IMG/VR virus record: IMGVR_UViG_2563366840_000011
Span: 12,067-76,066 of that record
Length of the DNA: 64,000 bases
Reading direction: 5' to 3' (one strand)
Source: a virus
Lineage: Duplodnaviria > Heunggongvirae > Uroviricota > Caudoviricetes
Position numbers and translations under genes: made by a program. The notes under the pieces were generated by a model that saw only the letters and a program-made list of their open reading frames with translations, had not been told where the DNA came from and did no database searches. Positions 1-14,400 of the stretch are shown in pieces (position 1 is the stretch's first letter; each line of letters starts with the position of its first letter).

Positions 1-229
1 GCCAGGGCAGACCACCGGGGTGGCTGTGGACCAGCGCCACAATCTCACCCTGCATTTCTGCCTTCAGCCAGTCTTCCGGCGACATACGGAAATACGCCTC
101 CGGCTCACCGGAGATATTCACGCAGGGGAAATATCTTTCCCCCTCCGGCGTGCTTACCACGAAGCCGCACGACTCCGCTGGCGCACATCGCCGGGCGTGC
201 GCCAGAATCGCTGATTCTGTCTGTGTCAT
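1..229 (-). CDS. K: Minor tail protein K, 5' part (3' end beyond window start)
   Basis: Minus-strand translation from ATG at 227-229 reads MTQTESAILAHARRCAPAESCGFVVSTPEGERYF..., lambda gpK-like; directly downstream of L. Alternative internal start near 88. Confidence 0.85.
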   Translation of the reverse strand, partial: MTQTESAILAHARRCAPAESCGFVVSTPEGERYFPCVNISGEPEAYFRMSPEDWLKAEMQGEIVALVHSHPGGLPW

Positions 230-234
230 GGGAT

Positions 235-933
235 TTACTGCGAAAGTTTGTTAATGGAAAGGAAGCCGCCAAAGTTGCCGACGTTATTGCGGAACTTACA
301 ACCGCTCAGGCATTTGCTGCATTTATCCTTCGTGATATCGGACGTTGGCTGGTCATATTCATCCGCGACAGCCGGACCGCTATAACCGCACTCGTCACCG
401 CGATAGGTCCAGGTGCAGGTGTTGGCCAGCATGATACGTCCCGGAAAAACAGCGCCATCCGTTTCCGTCGGCGTGGACAGTACAAAAGAGGCACTCACCG
501 CGCTCAGTTCGCTGCACTGCTCAATGCGCCAGCGGCTGATCACCTCCTGCTCCGGATCGGCGCCACTGTTTCCGTTGACGAAGTTCACCGCATCCAGAAA
601 ACGGGCGTAAACCTTACGCCGGACCACCGTTCCACCGACCAGACTCTGCAGATCTTCCGCCATCCCGGTGACCATACCGTACAGGTTAGAAACCGTCAGT
701 GTGGGGCGCGTACTGGTGCCTTTGCCATTCAGTTCAAAACCACTCCCCTGAATGGGATACGGCTGATACTGTCGCCCCTGCCAGGTGACCGGCTCACCTT
801 TTTCGTTCTGCTCATTACAGAAAAAATAACGTTCTCCACCGACCTCTGTCAGGTCGATTTCCCAGAGCACCACGCTGGCCGACTGCTCCGCACGGGTGCA
901 TTCATTCAGTGTTTCCTGCCGGATATCCTGCAT
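235..933 (-). CDS. L: Tail tip protein L
   Basis: 232-aa ORF MQDIRQETLNECTRAEQSASVVLWEIDL... essentially identical to lambda gpL as recalled; M-L-K gene order. Confidence 0.95.
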   Translation of the reverse strand: MQDIRQETLNECTRAEQSASVVLWEIDLTEVGGERYFFCNEQNEKGEPVTWQGRQYQPYPIQGSGFELNGKGTSTRPTLTVSNLYGMVTGMAEDLQSLVGGTVVRRKVYARFLDAVNFVNGNSGADPEQEVISRWRIEQCSELSAVSASFVLSTPTETDGAVFPGRIMLANTCTWTYRGDECGYSGPAVADEYDQPTSDITKDKCSKCLSGCKFRNNVGNFGGFLSINKLSQ

Positions 934-1262
934 CAGTTCACCACCTGTTCAAACTCTGCGCTGAACTCAACACGCAGCATACTGACCCGCGACGACCATT
1001 TTGCGCAGGTCACCTTTATCTGCCGCCACTCATAAGGCGGCGTCCACAGAAAGGCTTTCCAGCCCCCGTGCTCAGCCAGAAACGACTCCAGCGCCGTGGC
1101 CTCCCAACGGGGAACAGAAAGCGTCACGCTGTACGTTTTCAGGTCGGCATTCAGCCCGGCAGGCGCTCGCTGGGAATAGCCATCACCAAAGCGCACTTTC
1201 CTGACGGAAGGGGCCGAAGCCACATCCATACCGGGTTTCACTTTCCAGCGGAAGGTCTTCAT
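933..1262 (-). CDS. M: Tail tip protein M
   Basis: 109-aa ORF MKTFRWKVKPGMDVASAPSVRKVRFGDGYSQ... matches lambda gpM; ATGA overlap with L. Confidence 0.95.
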   Translation of the reverse strand: MKTFRWKVKPGMDVASAPSVRKVRFGDGYSQRAPAGLNADLKTYSVTLSVPRWEATALESFLAEHGGWKAFLWTPPYEWRQIKVTCAKWSSRVSMLRVEFSAEFEQVVN

Positions 1263-3838
1263 CGTCCACCTCCGGAGAACAGACCACCATCGCGCATCTG
1301 TGCCTGAATTTCATCACGGGCACCCTTGCGGGCCATGTCATACACTGCCTTCATCATCTGTGGACCTGGCAGACCATTCGTACCGTCGTTCTGAATCACC
1401 ACGTGATTGTTCTGATTAAAATTAATGCCTTCAGCCCGCCGCATCTGCGCCGGACTTCCGGCACCGCCCACATAACCACCTTCCGCATAGCCCCGCATCA
1501 GGCGGTACAGGTTGCCGACACCAATTCGGCTGGTTGCCTCCTTCGTGAAGACAAATTCACCACGGTGAACAATCCCCGCTGGCTCATATTTGCCGCCGGT
1601 TCCCGTAAATCCTCCGGTTGCAAAATGGAATTTCGCCGCAGCGGCCTGAATGGCTGTACCGCCTGATGCGGATGCGCCGCCACCAACAGCCCCGCCAATG
1701 GCGCTACCGATACTCCCGACAATCCCCACCATTGCCTGCTTAAGCAGAATTTCTGTCATCATGGACAGCACGGAACGGGTGAAGCTGCGCCAGTTCTGCT
1801 CACTGCCGGTCAGCATCGCCGCCATATTCTGCGCAATACCATCAAAGGTCTGCGTGGCTGCACTTTTAACCTGCGACATACTGTCCGTGGCGCTCTCTTC
1901 CCACTCACTCCAGCCGGACCTGAGGCCTGCCATCCAGCTCCCGCGAAGCTGGTCTTCAGCCGCCCAGGTCTTTTTCTGCTCTGACATGACGTTATTCAGC
2001 GCCAGCGAATTATCGCCATACTGTTCCTTCAGGCGCTGTTCTGTGGCTTCCCGCGCTGCCTGCCGGTCAGTAAGCCCCCGGTTTTTCGCCTCAATGGCTG
2101 CCCGTTTTGCCCGTTGTTGCTGTGCGAACTTATCCGCCTGCTGCGCCAGCGCGTTCAGGCGCTCCTGATACGTAACCTTGTCGCCAAGTGCAGCCAGCTG
2201 GCGTTTGTACTCCAGCGTCTCATCTTTATGCGCCAGCAGGGATTTCTCCTGTGCGGACAGCTGGCGACGTTGCGCCGCCTCCTCCAGTACCGCGAACTGA
2301 CTCTCCGCCTTCCACAAATCCCGGCGCTGCTGGCTGATTTTCTCATTTGCTCCGGCATGCTTCTCCAGCGTCCGGAGTTCAGCCTGAAGCGTCAGCAGGG
2401 CAGCATGAGCACTGTCTTCCTGACGATCGCCCGCAGACACTTTCACGCCGGACTGTTTCGGCTTTTTCAGCGTCGCTTCATAATCCTTTTTCGCCGCCGC
2501 CATCAGCGTGTTGTAATCTGCCTGCAGGATTTTCCCGTCTTTCAGTGCCTTGTTCAGTTCTTCCTGACGGGCGGTATATTTCTCCAGCGGCGTCTGCAGG
2601 CGTTCGTAAGCCTTCTGCGCCTCTTCGGTATATTTCAGCCGTGATGCCTCAGACTCGGCCCAGTCCTTTGCTGCCATCTCTCTGGCCTTTTCAAGATCGG
2701 CCTGCAACGTGGCGGCTGAAAGCCCAAGTTGCGCATTCGCTCTGTCCTCCCATGCTCCCCGGAGATTGGCAAGAAATGCTGAGGTTTTACCGCGCCGGTG
2801 GCTTCGGCTCTGATACCACTGCCATTTTTTGTCCGCCTCATCAAAAGCCTTTTCTGCTTTCTCCAGCATTCCCTGGGCAGTGTCCGGGCGACCAATATCC
2901 AGCACCGAATCCCACATGGATTTGAATGCCCGTGCTGTCCTGTCTGCCCAGGTCTCCAGCGTGCCCATGTTCTCTTTCAGGCGGCGGGTCTGGTCATCAA
3001 ACCCTTTCGTTGCGGCCTCGTTCGCCGCCTGCAATGCCCCGGCTTCATCTCCGGAACGCTGCAACTGAGCAACATACGCAATCTGCTCCGCCGTCACGTT
3101 ATGGAACTGACGTGCCATCGCTGTCAGTCCCGACGTCGGGTCTGTGGTCAGCTTCCCGAAGGCTTCAGCGACCTTGTCCACCTCCACGCCGGATGCAGAG
3201 GAGAAACGCGCCACACTCTGGCTGATCGCCTCAAACTGCTCACCACCACGCACACCGGCATTCACCAGCGCCGTCAGTGACTCGCTGGTCTGGTTAAACG
3301 TCAGCCCTGCCGCCTGCCCGGCTCTGGACAGGGCCAGAATACGATCTGCCGTCAGTCCCGCCTGATTGCCGGAAAGGACCAGCGTTTTGTTGAAATCGGA
3401 CAGGGTTGAGTTGCCCTGATACCAGGCATACGCCAGCGCACCGGTCGCCACCGCCAGCGAGGTGGCCCCCACCATCGGCAGGGTGATCGCACCGGCAAGC
3501 CCCCTGAACATGGGGATCATCCCGCCGAAGGAGTCCTTAACCTGACCACCCTGTTGCAGCAGGATCAGCCACGGACTTTGCCCGCCTGCAAGCTGCGTGG
3601 CCACGTCGGTGAACTGTGCAGGCAGCATACGCATGGCGGCTTTATACTGCCCGACGGAAATCCCCGCTTTCTGTGCAGCCAGCGCCTGTCGGCTCAGCGA
3701 CTGTTCAACGACTGCCGCTGTTTTTTTCGCATCAGTTTCCGTACCGGAAAAATGACGCCTGACTCTGGCCATCTGCTCGTCAAATCTGGCCGCATCCAGA
3801 CTTAAATCAACGACCAGATCGCCTACCGGTTCAGCCAT
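1259..3838 (-). CDS. H: Tail tape measure protein H
   Basis: 859-aa ORF MAEPVGDLVVDLSLDAARFDEQMARVRRHF... lambda gpH-like, Ala/Gly-rich C-terminus; between T and M. Confidence 0.95.
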   Translation of the reverse strand: MAEPVGDLVVDLSLDAARFDEQMARVRRHFSGTETDAKKTAAVVEQSLSRQALAAQKAGISVGQYKAAMRMLPAQFTDVATQLAGGQSPWLILLQQGGQVKDSFGGMIPMFRGLAGAITLPMVGATSLAVATGALAYAWYQGNSTLSDFNKTLVLSGNQAGLTADRILALSRAGQAAGLTFNQTSESLTALVNAGVRGGEQFEAISQSVARFSSASGVEVDKVAEAFGKLTTDPTSGLTAMARQFHNVTAEQIAYVAQLQRSGDEAGALQAANEAATKGFDDQTRRLKENMGTLETWADRTARAFKSMWDSVLDIGRPDTAQGMLEKAEKAFDEADKKWQWYQSRSHRRGKTSAFLANLRGAWEDRANAQLGLSAATLQADLEKAREMAAKDWAESEASRLKYTEEAQKAYERLQTPLEKYTARQEELNKALKDGKILQADYNTLMAAAKKDYEATLKKPKQSGVKVSAGDRQEDSAHAALLTLQAELRTLEKHAGANEKISQQRRDLWKAESQFAVLEEAAQRRQLSAQEKSLLAHKDETLEYKRQLAALGDKVTYQERLNALAQQADKFAQQQRAKRAAIEAKNRGLTDRQAAREATEQRLKEQYGDNSLALNNVMSEQKKTWAAEDQLRGSWMAGLRSGWSEWEESATDSMSQVKSAATQTFDGIAQNMAAMLTGSEQNWRSFTRSVLSMMTEILLKQAMVGIVGSIGSAIGGAVGGGASASGGTAIQAAAAKFHFATGGFTGTGGKYEPAGIVHRGEFVFTKEATSRIGVGNLYRLMRGYAEGGYVGGAGSPAQMRRAEGINFNQNNHVVIQNDGTNGLPGPQMMKAVYDMARKGARDEIQAQMRDGGLFSGGGR

Positions 3839-4669
3839 ACCGGACTCCTCCTGCGATCCCTTCTGATACTGTCATCAGCATTACGTCATCCTCCGTCATG
3901 TCCGCCACATCCGGGGAAGCGGGGATAACTTCATTCCCGTCCGGGCCAAAACGAACGCCTCCGGCAAGCCCTGCCGCTTTCTGCATCAGCACATCATCTT
4001 CAGGCTCTTCGTCAGCCTCGCGCCGGTTCAGCAGACTGAAATCCAGCGGATGCATATCCGGATCGCTGAAAAACAGGCTGAGCACGGTGTACGTCAGCCC
4101 GGAAAAGTGCATATCCAGCAGAACATCATGAAAATAATGGGTACTGTAAAAGCGGTGCCAGTCGGCATACTCCGTGGATGACATCCCGGCAAGCATGGCA
4201 CGCCAGTCGGGTCGCCCCATCTCGCGCGCCAGTTTCAGGGCAAAACTCAGCTCACCGTCGAACACTTTCCCGCAGAAACAGGCTCTGCAGGCCCGGCATC
4301 CTCTGCCTGTTCAGGGGCATCATTCACCACAAACTCATACATACCGGACAGCCGGTACACCACGTTTTCAGCATGAGAAATTGCCTCTGTAGGCCAGGTG
4401 GTAAGCACTTCCTGCTCAATCTGTTTAACGGCTTCATTCATGGAAGGCATCTGCGTCTTCTGCGGATGGTTATGCCACAGGGACATCGCCACCACACAAG
4501 CACCGGTTCTGATGGCGTCTTCCACAGTAAACTTCCGGTTGCTGTCTGACTCCGCCTGTTCTGCCTGCCGTTTCATCAGGGCGAGATGCTCAATACGCTG
4601 CAGGGCTGACAGTTCAGAAAGCGTGACGGTCACACCGTTATGTTCAAATGATTCGGTTTTCAGGAACAT
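3831..4669 (-). CDS. T: Tail assembly chaperone G-T fusion (programmed -1 frameshift product)
   Basis: T reading frame (3831-4265) is -1 relative to G and opens at the G GGA AAG heptamer; T ORF ...FDGELSFALKLAREMGRPDWRAMLAG lambda gpT-like. Confidence 0.9.
4247..4669 (-). CDS. G: Tail assembly chaperone G
   Basis: 140-aa ORF MFLKTESFEHNGVTVTLSELSALQRIEHLALMKRQ... matches lambda gpG; ends just after the GGGAAAG slippery site. Confidence 0.95.
   Translation of the reverse strand: MFLKTESFEHNGVTVTLSELSALQRIEHLALMKRQAEQAESDSNRKFTVEDAIRTGACVVAMSLWHNHPQKTQMPSMNEAVKQIEQEVLTTWPTEAISHAENVVYRLSGMYEFVVNDAPEQAEDAGPAEPVSAGKCSTVS
4265..4271 (-). promoter_or_regulatory. -1 ribosomal frameshift slippery heptamer GGGAAAG (G to G-T)
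   Basis: Minus-strand sequence G GGA AAG is in frame with G codons ...A G K C S T V S stop; the -1 frame continues into T. Confidence 0.9.
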
Positions 4670-4684
4670 CGCTGACTCTCCGGA

Positions 4685-5425
4685 TTAACTGGCGGTGACG
4701 TTGATTTCTGCAACCGCAGCAAGTTCACCATTACCGGATACGACCGGAATGTTGACCTTGCCTGCAGCAACACCTTTCACGGTGATGGTCATACCACTGA
4801 CCGACACGGTGGCTTTTGTTTTATCCGCTGACACCGCACGGAAGCTCTTGTCGGTTGCGCCTTCCGGCTGGAATGCCACGGTCAGCGTGGTGCTCTGCCC
4901 TTTCACCACCGAGGTGCTGGCAGGCGTCACGGTCATGCCGGTTGCCGCTGTGACCGTGCTGTGATCTTCTGCCATCGACGGACGGCCCACATTGGTGACC
5001 TTCACCGTGCGGGTGATCACTTCCTTCGCCGTCACCGCCTTACCGATACTGCTGACCCAGCCGCGGAACACATCGACCGTGCCATTCGGGAAGCGGATTT
5101 TATAGGCTCGGGTATCCCCTTCATTAAACCACGCCAGCAGCGCCTGCTGCCCCTGCTCTCCGGGCATCCACGCCAGCGTGAAGCTGGTATCTCCGGCAGA
5201 TTTCTGCCCCTGCCCGGTCGCAGTCCAGTCCGCATCTTCATCATCGAGATAGCTGTCGTCATAGGACTCAGCGGTCAGTTCGCCGGGCGTCAGGTCTTTA
5301 ACTTTAGCCAGACGCGACCAGTCAACGTCTGAAAGCGGGTTCGCATAAGGGTCACCGTTCCCCTTATAAACCCACAGTGTGGTCCCGGCCCCTTTCACCG
5401 GCATTACTGGATTTGGTACAGGCAT
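4685..5425 (-). CDS. V: Major tail protein V
   Basis: [36 protein letters not shown]... lambda gpV-like, 246 aa from ATG at 5425; ORF track extends 10 codons upstream to 5455. Confidence 0.93.
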   Translation of the reverse strand: MPVPNPVMPVKGAGTTLWVYKGNGDPYANPLSDVDWSRLAKVKDLTPGELTAESYDDSYLDDEDADWTATGQGQKSAGDTSFTLAWMPGEQGQQALLAWFNEGDTRAYKIRFPNGTVDVFRGWVSSIGKAVTAKEVITRTVKVTNVGRPSMAEDHSTVTAATGMTVTPASTSVVKGQSTTLTVAFQPEGATDKSFRAVSADKTKATVSVSGMTITVKGVAAGKVNIPVVSGNGELAAVAEINVTAS

Positions 5426-5432
5426 AGCGTCC

Positions 5433-5828
5433 TCACATTTCATAGGTAATGACATAAGTCAGATCGGCTGAACTCCACAGGCCCGCATCATCGTCGCGCC
5501 GGTAGTCATAGCCGCTGGCCACCATACTGGTGATCAAATCTGACAGTGCCGGGATATCGCTCATCACCGGATAAATCCGGGACTCCATCCACGAATCCAG
5601 CTCTGAATCCGGCACCTGAGCAGGCAGGAAAACTTCAATATGCAGCTCCGCCTGCCAGGTATCGCTGTCCAGCTCTTCGCCCGTGTATTCAGCGCCGGTG
5701 AGATAAACGGCAATTGCCGGAAAATCCGCCTCATCAAAAACAGCGGGGCGACCATCAAAAAGCGTCGCCCCGGTGTCATGCTTCTCCAGTGCATCCAGTA
5801 CGGCTGCACGGAGTTCAGTATGTTTCAT
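5433..5828 (-). CDS. U: Tail terminator protein U
   Basis: 131-aa [51 protein letters not shown]... lambda gpU-like. Confidence 0.95.
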   Translation of the reverse strand: MKHTELRAAVLDALEKHDTGATLFDGRPAVFDEADFPAIAVYLTGAEYTGEELDSDTWQAELHIEVFLPAQVPDSELDSWMESRIYPVMSDIPALSDLITSMVASGYDYRRDDDAGLWSSADLTYVITYEM

Positions 5829-6403
5829 CGCTTTATTACCATTCTCAGTTGATGCTGCAGCGCATAGCCCAGCTCTTTCGGAAGACGTTCACGCCGTATC
5901 CGTTCAATATTCTGTTTAAACGCCGTGGTAAGCGGCACCGCCATCGGGATTTTCACCACATCAATGGGGTAACGGTTTTTCCCGGCCACACGCTGCATGA
6001 CATGCCACCGGCCATTTTTCAGTTGCTGAATAAACGCGCCGGGAATACGACGGTTTCCCACCACAAGCACGCTGCCGCCACCTTTCAGGGATGAACGCTG
6101 CCCCTTTTTACGACGTCTGCGGCGGGAAAGGACAACCCGCGCGTTACCCAGCTTGATTACGGGCAAATCCCCCCGGTTAACCCTGATTCTGGCCTGCGGA
6201 TTTTTGACCGTGGCCCTTTTCAGCCTGGCCCTTTCCTTTACCAGTTTCCGGCGTACCTTTGTCTCACGGGCAACCTGTGACGCAGACTGCGATATCGCGG
6301 ATGACGCAACGCGGTTAATGGCCATTGCGGCGGCACCAGGCACCGCCGTTTTGCTGATACGGCTGAGGTTTTCAACGGCCTGCTCAAGACCTTTTATGGC
6401 CAT
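5825..6403 (-). CDS. Z: Tail completion protein Z
   Basis: 192-aa ORF MAIKGLEQAVENLSRISKTAVPGAAAMAINRVASS... lambda gpZ-like. Confidence 0.95.
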   Translation of the reverse strand: MAIKGLEQAVENLSRISKTAVPGAAAMAINRVASSAISQSASQVARETKVRRKLVKERARLKRATVKNPQARIRVNRGDLPVIKLGNARVVLSRRRRRKKGQRSSLKGGGSVLVVGNRRIPGAFIQQLKNGRWHVMQRVAGKNRYPIDVVKIPMAVPLTTAFKQNIERIRRERLPKELGYALQHQLRMVIKR

Positions 6404-6414
6404 ACATCCCCCTT

Positions 6415-6768
6415 TCAGCGGCGACGGTTAACGGCAGGCGGCACGCCACGCCCAAGCCAGAGATGACAGCTTCCGCCATCATCCGGCGAAATCCGGTCCA
6501 CCCAGAAGTTTTCCTCGCCGATGGTCAGTGTGTCTCCACGCCGCAGCTGCCGCACATCATCAGTCCGGACAAACAGGGACGGGCTGGAGCCTTCAACGCG
6601 CACCCCCTGTCCGGCATAGCTGATATTTTCAGGGTCATCAAAAACACCACGTATCACAGCACCGGACAGCTCACCGGATGTCATGGTGGCTGACGTTCCC
6701 ATGTACCCGCGTATCGTTTCATCGGCGCGGGCAATGGCAGCATCGAACAGGTTATCGGAATCAGCCAC
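6415..6768 (-). CDS. FII: Head-tail joining protein FII
   Basis: 117-aa ORF MADSDNLFDAAIARADETIRGYMGTSATMTSGELSGAVIRGVF... lambda gpFII-like. Confidence 0.95.
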   Translation of the reverse strand: MADSDNLFDAAIARADETIRGYMGTSATMTSGELSGAVIRGVFDDPENISYAGQGVRVEGSSPSLFVRTDDVRQLRRGDTLTIGEENFWVDRISPDDGGSCHLWLGRGVPPAVNRRR

Positions 6769-6779
6769 AGCGCCTCCCG

Positions 6780-7175
6780 TTATTGCATTCTGGCCAGGCC
6801 ATGTTCTGTCATTTCGGCTGCCACACCGGCAGAGACACGAAACGCCGTTCCCGGCAGCACAAATGCCACAGGCTCATCCCGCGTGGCGTGAAGTGCATCA
6901 GTATGCAGCGTCACCAGTGCCACGACCGTGACCAGAGCAGCCGTATCAATCACGGTATCCGGCTGCGCTGATACCACCTCATTTTCATGTCCGGTCAGCG
7001 CATTTTCCGGGCTGACAGATGTGTCCTGACCGGCAGCGTCATCCGTGTCATCAAGCTCCTCTTCCAGCTCTGCCACACGGAGCACCAGTTCTTCTTTCGT
7101 CCCCGTCAGGCTGACATCACGGTTCAGTTGCTCACCCAGCACCTGAAGACGGGCAATCAGTTCATCTTTCGTCAT
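6780..7175 (-). CDS. FI: DNA packaging protein FI
   Basis: MTKDELIARLQVLGEQLNRDVSLTGTKEEL... lambda gpFI-like from internal ATG at 7175; ORF track extends to 7214. Confidence 0.9.
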   Translation of the reverse strand: MTKDELIARLQVLGEQLNRDVSLTGTKEELVLRVAELEEELDDTDDAAGQDTSVSPENALTGHENEVVSAQPDTVIDTAALVTVVALVTLHTDALHATRDEPVAFVLPGTAFRVSAGVAAEMTEHGLARMQ

Positions 7176-7216
7176 GGACTCCTCTACAGAGAGAAAATGG
7201 CCCCGAAGGGCCATGA

Positions 7217-8242
7217 TTACGCCAGTTGTACGGACACGAACGCATCAGGATCAGCCAGCAGCATCAGCGGTGCTGACTGAATCATGGTGAACTCACGCGC
7301 CGGATCGCCGGTGGTCACCCAGTTTTTCGGGTAGCGGGCAGAGGCGTTAATACCTTCGCGCTGTGCGTCCGCATCCTGAATGCAGCCATAGGTGCGCAGA
7401 CCGCGTGCCTGAGTGTTCCCCAGCACCATCGTGTTGTCCGGCAGGAAGTTCTTTTTGACGTCGTTTTCCACGTACTGTCCGGAATACACGACGATCGCCG
7501 TATCGCCATACATCCCCTTATAGGACACCGCTTCGCCCAGGTCTTTTACCGCTGTCTCCAGCTCGGAATTAGAGCCGCGACGGGTATCCAGCTTCTCCTT
7601 GACGGCTTTGAAGGAACGGAACAGCGCCCAGCCTTTCGGATCAAACACGATGATATTCACCACGCCGCTGGCGTTCAGCGCATAGGCTTCGATATCGTCG
7701 GTCGGGTCATACGTGGACTTGTCACGCTTGCTCCACTCCGTACCACCGGACTGTGTGATGTTGTTCGCCGCACTGCGGCCCATATCCACCTCAACCGGAT
7801 CGAAGGCTTCACCGGTCATGGTGTATTTGCCCTTAAGCACAGCAGAAACTGCCTGCATCTCTTCGACCTGAGCAATGGCCAGCTCTTCGTCTCGCATGTT
7901 CTGCATGATGATGCGACGGCGGCGGTAAGCCGGGTCCGCCAGATTCTGCGGATCTTCATCCGGCAGGCGACGCAGGGTCATCTGCGGATTCACCTCATGC
8001 TTGGGTTTGACATATCCCGGCGTAAATTCAGAGGTGGAGCCGCCACGGGAACGGATAACCTCACCGGAAACAATCGGCGAAACGTACAGCGCCATGTTTA
8101 CCAGTCCCGGAATTTGTGAGAGATAGACTTTCTCCGTGGTGAAGGGATAGCTCTCACGGAAAAAGAGACGCAGAAACAGCGGATCAAACTTAAATTTCTG
8201 CTCATTTGCCGCCAGCAGCTGGGCGGTTGTGTACATCGACAT
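7217..8242 (-). CDS. E: Major capsid protein E
   Basis: MSMYTTAQLLAANEQKFKFDPLFLRLFFRESYPFTTEKVYL... lambda gpE-like, 341 aa from ATG at 8242; ORF track starts 9 codons upstream. Confidence 0.95.
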   Translation of the reverse strand: MSMYTTAQLLAANEQKFKFDPLFLRLFFRESYPFTTEKVYLSQIPGLVNMALYVSPIVSGEVIRSRGGSTSEFTPGYVKPKHEVNPQMTLRRLPDEDPQNLADPAYRRRRIIMQNMRDEELAIAQVEEMQAVSAVLKGKYTMTGEAFDPVEVDMGRSAANNITQSGGTEWSKRDKSTYDPTDDIEAYALNASGVVNIIVFDPKGWALFRSFKAVKEKLDTRRGSNSELETAVKDLGEAVSYKGMYGDTAIVVYSGQYVENDVKKNFLPDNTMVLGNTQARGLRTYGCIQDADAQREGINASARYPKNWVTTGDPAREFTMIQSAPLMLLADPDAFVSVQLA

Positions 8243-8297
8243 AAAAAAATCCCGTAAAAAAAGCCGCACAGGCGGCCTTTAGTGATGAAGGGTAAAG

Positions 8298-8630
8298 TTA
8301 AACGATGCTGATTGCCGTTCCGGCAAACGCGGTCCGTTTTTTCGTCTCGTCGCTGGCAGCCTCCGGCCAGAGCACATCCTCATAACGGAACGTGCCGGAC
8401 TTGTAGAACGTCAGCGTGGTGCTGGTCTGGTCAGCATCAACCGCCAGAATGCCAACGGCAGTACCGTCGGTGGTGCCATCCCACGCAACCAGCTTACGGG
8501 TGGAGGTGTCCAGCATCAGCGGGGTCATTGCAGGCGCTTTCGCACTCAATCCGCCGGGCGCGGTTGCCGTATGAGCCGGGTCACTGTTGCCCAGCGGCTG
8601 GTAATGGGTAAAGGTTTCTTTGCTCGTCAT
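8298..8630 (-). CDS. D: Head decoration protein D
   Basis: [40 protein letters not shown]... lambda gpD-like, 110 aa from ATG at 8630. Confidence 0.95.
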   Translation of the reverse strand: MTSKETFTHYQPLGNSDPAHTATAPGGLSAKAPAMTPLMLDTSTRKLVAWDGTTDGTAVGILAVDADQTSTTLTFYKSGTFRYEDVLWPEAASDETKKRTAFAGTAISIV

Positions 8631-8639
8631 AAACATCCC

Positions 8640-9245
8640 TTACACTGGTGTGTTCAGCAAATCGTTAACGGCATCAGATGCCGGGTTACCTGCAGCCAGC
8701 GGTGCCGGTGCCCCCTGCATCAGACGATCCAGCGCAGTGTCACTGCGCGCCTGTGCACTCTGTGGTGCAGCTGCCAGAATGCGGCGGGCCGTTTCCACGG
8801 TCATACCGGGGGTTTCTGCCAGCACGCGGGCCTGTTCTTCGCGTCCGTGAGCCTCCTCACAGTTGAGGATCCCCATAATGCGGCTGTTTTCTGCCGCAAC
8901 CGCAGCGGTGATCTGCGCGTTCACGTCCGGCTGCGCCGCGCTGGCGTTTTCGCCCTCCGTCGCTGGCACCACGTCAGTAACGTCAGCCTGCGAAGCAGTG
9001 GCTGAAACAGTTGTTGATTGAGTCTCTTTGGTCATTCGCCCTCCTGAGAGACGGGATTTACGTGCATCCAGTGCATCACGCATAACGGTGATCGCATCGG
9101 TGCTGTTGACAAGTTCATCAGCCAGTCCGGCATCAATGGCCTCCTGACCGCTGTACACTGCAGCCTCGGTATCCAGCACAGCCTGCACGGACAGGCCGGT
9201 ATATGCCGACACCTTCTGTGCAAACATCCGGCGGGTTGCATCCAT
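8640..9245 (-). CDS. Nu3: Scaffolding protein Nu3 (in-frame internal start within C)
   Basis: In-frame ATG at 9243-9245 giving MDATRRMFAQKVSAYTGL... to the C stop; corresponds to the lambda Nu3 arrangement. Confidence 0.75.
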   Translation of the reverse strand: MDATRRMFAQKVSAYTGLSVQAVLDTEAAVYSGQEAIDAGLADELVNSTDAITVMRDALDARKSRLSGGRMTKETQSTTVSATASQADVTDVVPATEGENASAAQPDVNAQITAAVAAENSRIMGILNCEEAHGREEQARVLAETPGMTVETARRILAAAPQSAQARSDTALDRLMQGAPAPLAAGNPASDAVNDLLNTPV

Positions 9246-9939
9246 CCGGGACTGCAGTGTCTCCCGGACATCATCCGGTAGATGGCTGTAGGGGTTGCCA
9301 TCCACCTTATGGCTGCCGCTGTAAATCAGCGTGATTTCCACGCCCTGTTTCTCCAGTGCAGCGCCGTAATTACTGTGAGCCATCATGACGCCGATGGAGC
9401 CTGTCCGGGCGGTCTGCGTGACCAGACGCCGGGAGGCGGCACTGGCAAGCAGCTGACCTGCGCTGCAGTTCATGTCATTGGCCAGCGCCCATACCGGCTT
9501 TATGTCACGCACACGGGCGATGATGTCAGCGCAGTCAAATGCCCCCGCCACCATCCCGCCGGGCGTGTCCATATCGAGCAGAATGCCGTCCACCATCGGA
9601 TCGCTGGCAGCCTGTTGCAGACGGGCGATAATGCCGTTGTAACCGGTCATCCCCGAGTACGGCTGCAGCGCCCGCGTCCGGCTGACCAGCGTGCCGGACA
9701 CCGGCAGCACGGCGATGCCGTTCATGACCTGATAACTGCGGGCCTGTCGTGGTCCGTCATCATCACCGGATAATGCCAGCGTCGCGAGTGCCTCCTGGGC
9801 AGTCAGGCTGTCGCCGGACACCGCATCCGTCAGGCGGCTGATCTCAAGCTGGCCTGCAAGCGCACAAAAGAAAACCCGCGCATAGGCGGGTTCAAGCATC
9901 AGCGGCTCATTAAAAGCCATGCTGGCAATATGCGGGAGA

Positions 9940-9959
<20 letters not shown>
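8640..9959 (-). CDS. C: Head maturation protease / minor capsid protein C
   Basis: GTG start at 9959 (reverse complement of cac 9957-9959) then TAELRNLPHIASMAFNEPLMLEPAYARVFF... lambda gpC-like, 439 aa. Confidence 0.93.
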
Positions 9960-13640
<3,681 letters not shown>

Positions 13641-13666
<26 letters not shown>

Positions 13667-14186
13667 TCAGCAACCCCGGTATCAGTTCATCCAGCGCGGC
13701 TGCTTTGTTCATGGCTTTGATGATATCCCGTTTCAGGAAATCAACATGTCGGTTTTCCAGTTCCGGAAAACGCCGCTGCACCGACAGGGGGATCCCGTCG
13801 AGAATACTGGCAATTTCACCTGCGATCCGCGACAGCACGAAAGTACAGAATGCGGTTTCCACCACTTCAGCGGAGTCTCTGGCATTTTTCAGCTCCTGTG
13901 CGTCGGCCTGCGCACGCGTAAGTCGATGGCGTTCGTACTCAATAGTCCCTGGCTGGAGATCTGTCTCGCTGGCCTGCCGCAGTTCTTCAACTTCCCGGCG
14001 CAGCTTTTCGTTCTCAATTTCAGCATCCCTTTCGGCATACCATCTTATAACGGCGGCAGAGTCATAAAGCACCTCATTACCCTTGCCACCGCCTCGCAGA
14101 ACGGGCATTCCCTGTTCCTGCCAGTTCTGAATGGTACGGATACTCGCACCGAAAATGTCAGCCAGCTGCTTTTTGTTGACTTCCAT
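13641..14186 (-). CDS. Nu1: Terminase small subunit Nu1
   Basis: 181-aa ORF MEVNKKQLADIFGASIRTIQNWQEQGMPVLRGGGKGNEVLYDSAAVIRWYAERD... lambda Nu1-like, full length. Confidence 0.95.
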
Positions 14187-14199
14187 TGTTCATTCCACG

Positions 14200-14400
14200 G
14201 CCAAAAACAGAGAAAGGAAACGACAGAGGCCCAAAAGCTCGTTTTCAGCACCTGTCGTTTCCTTTCTTTTCAGGGGGTATTTTAAATAAAAACATTAAGT
14301 TACGACGAAGAAGAACGGAAATGCCTTAAACCGGAAAATTTTCATAAATAGCGAAAACCCGCGAGGTCGCCGCCCCGTAACCTGTCGGATCGCCGGAAAG
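14200..14400. other. cos site (cosB/cosN region); 12-nt cohesive-end sequence at about 14364-14375
   Basis: Plus strand reads ...gcgaaaacccgcgaggtcgccgccccgtaacctgtcggatc..., containing the reverse complement of the lambda cohesive end GGGCGGCGACCT; immediately upstream of Nu1. Confidence 0.85.

Noticed and set aside
223-1035. 270-aa plus-strand ORF overlapping L and M
   Set aside because: Antisense to lambda L/M homologs; no ribosome-binding site or recognisable protein features.
1650-3280. Several long plus-strand ORFs (for example 1650-2168, 2114-2644, 2347-2925, 2798-3280) overlapping the tape measure gene H
   Set aside because: They are antisense to a gene that matches lambda gpH along its full length; read as chance open frames in antisense DNA.
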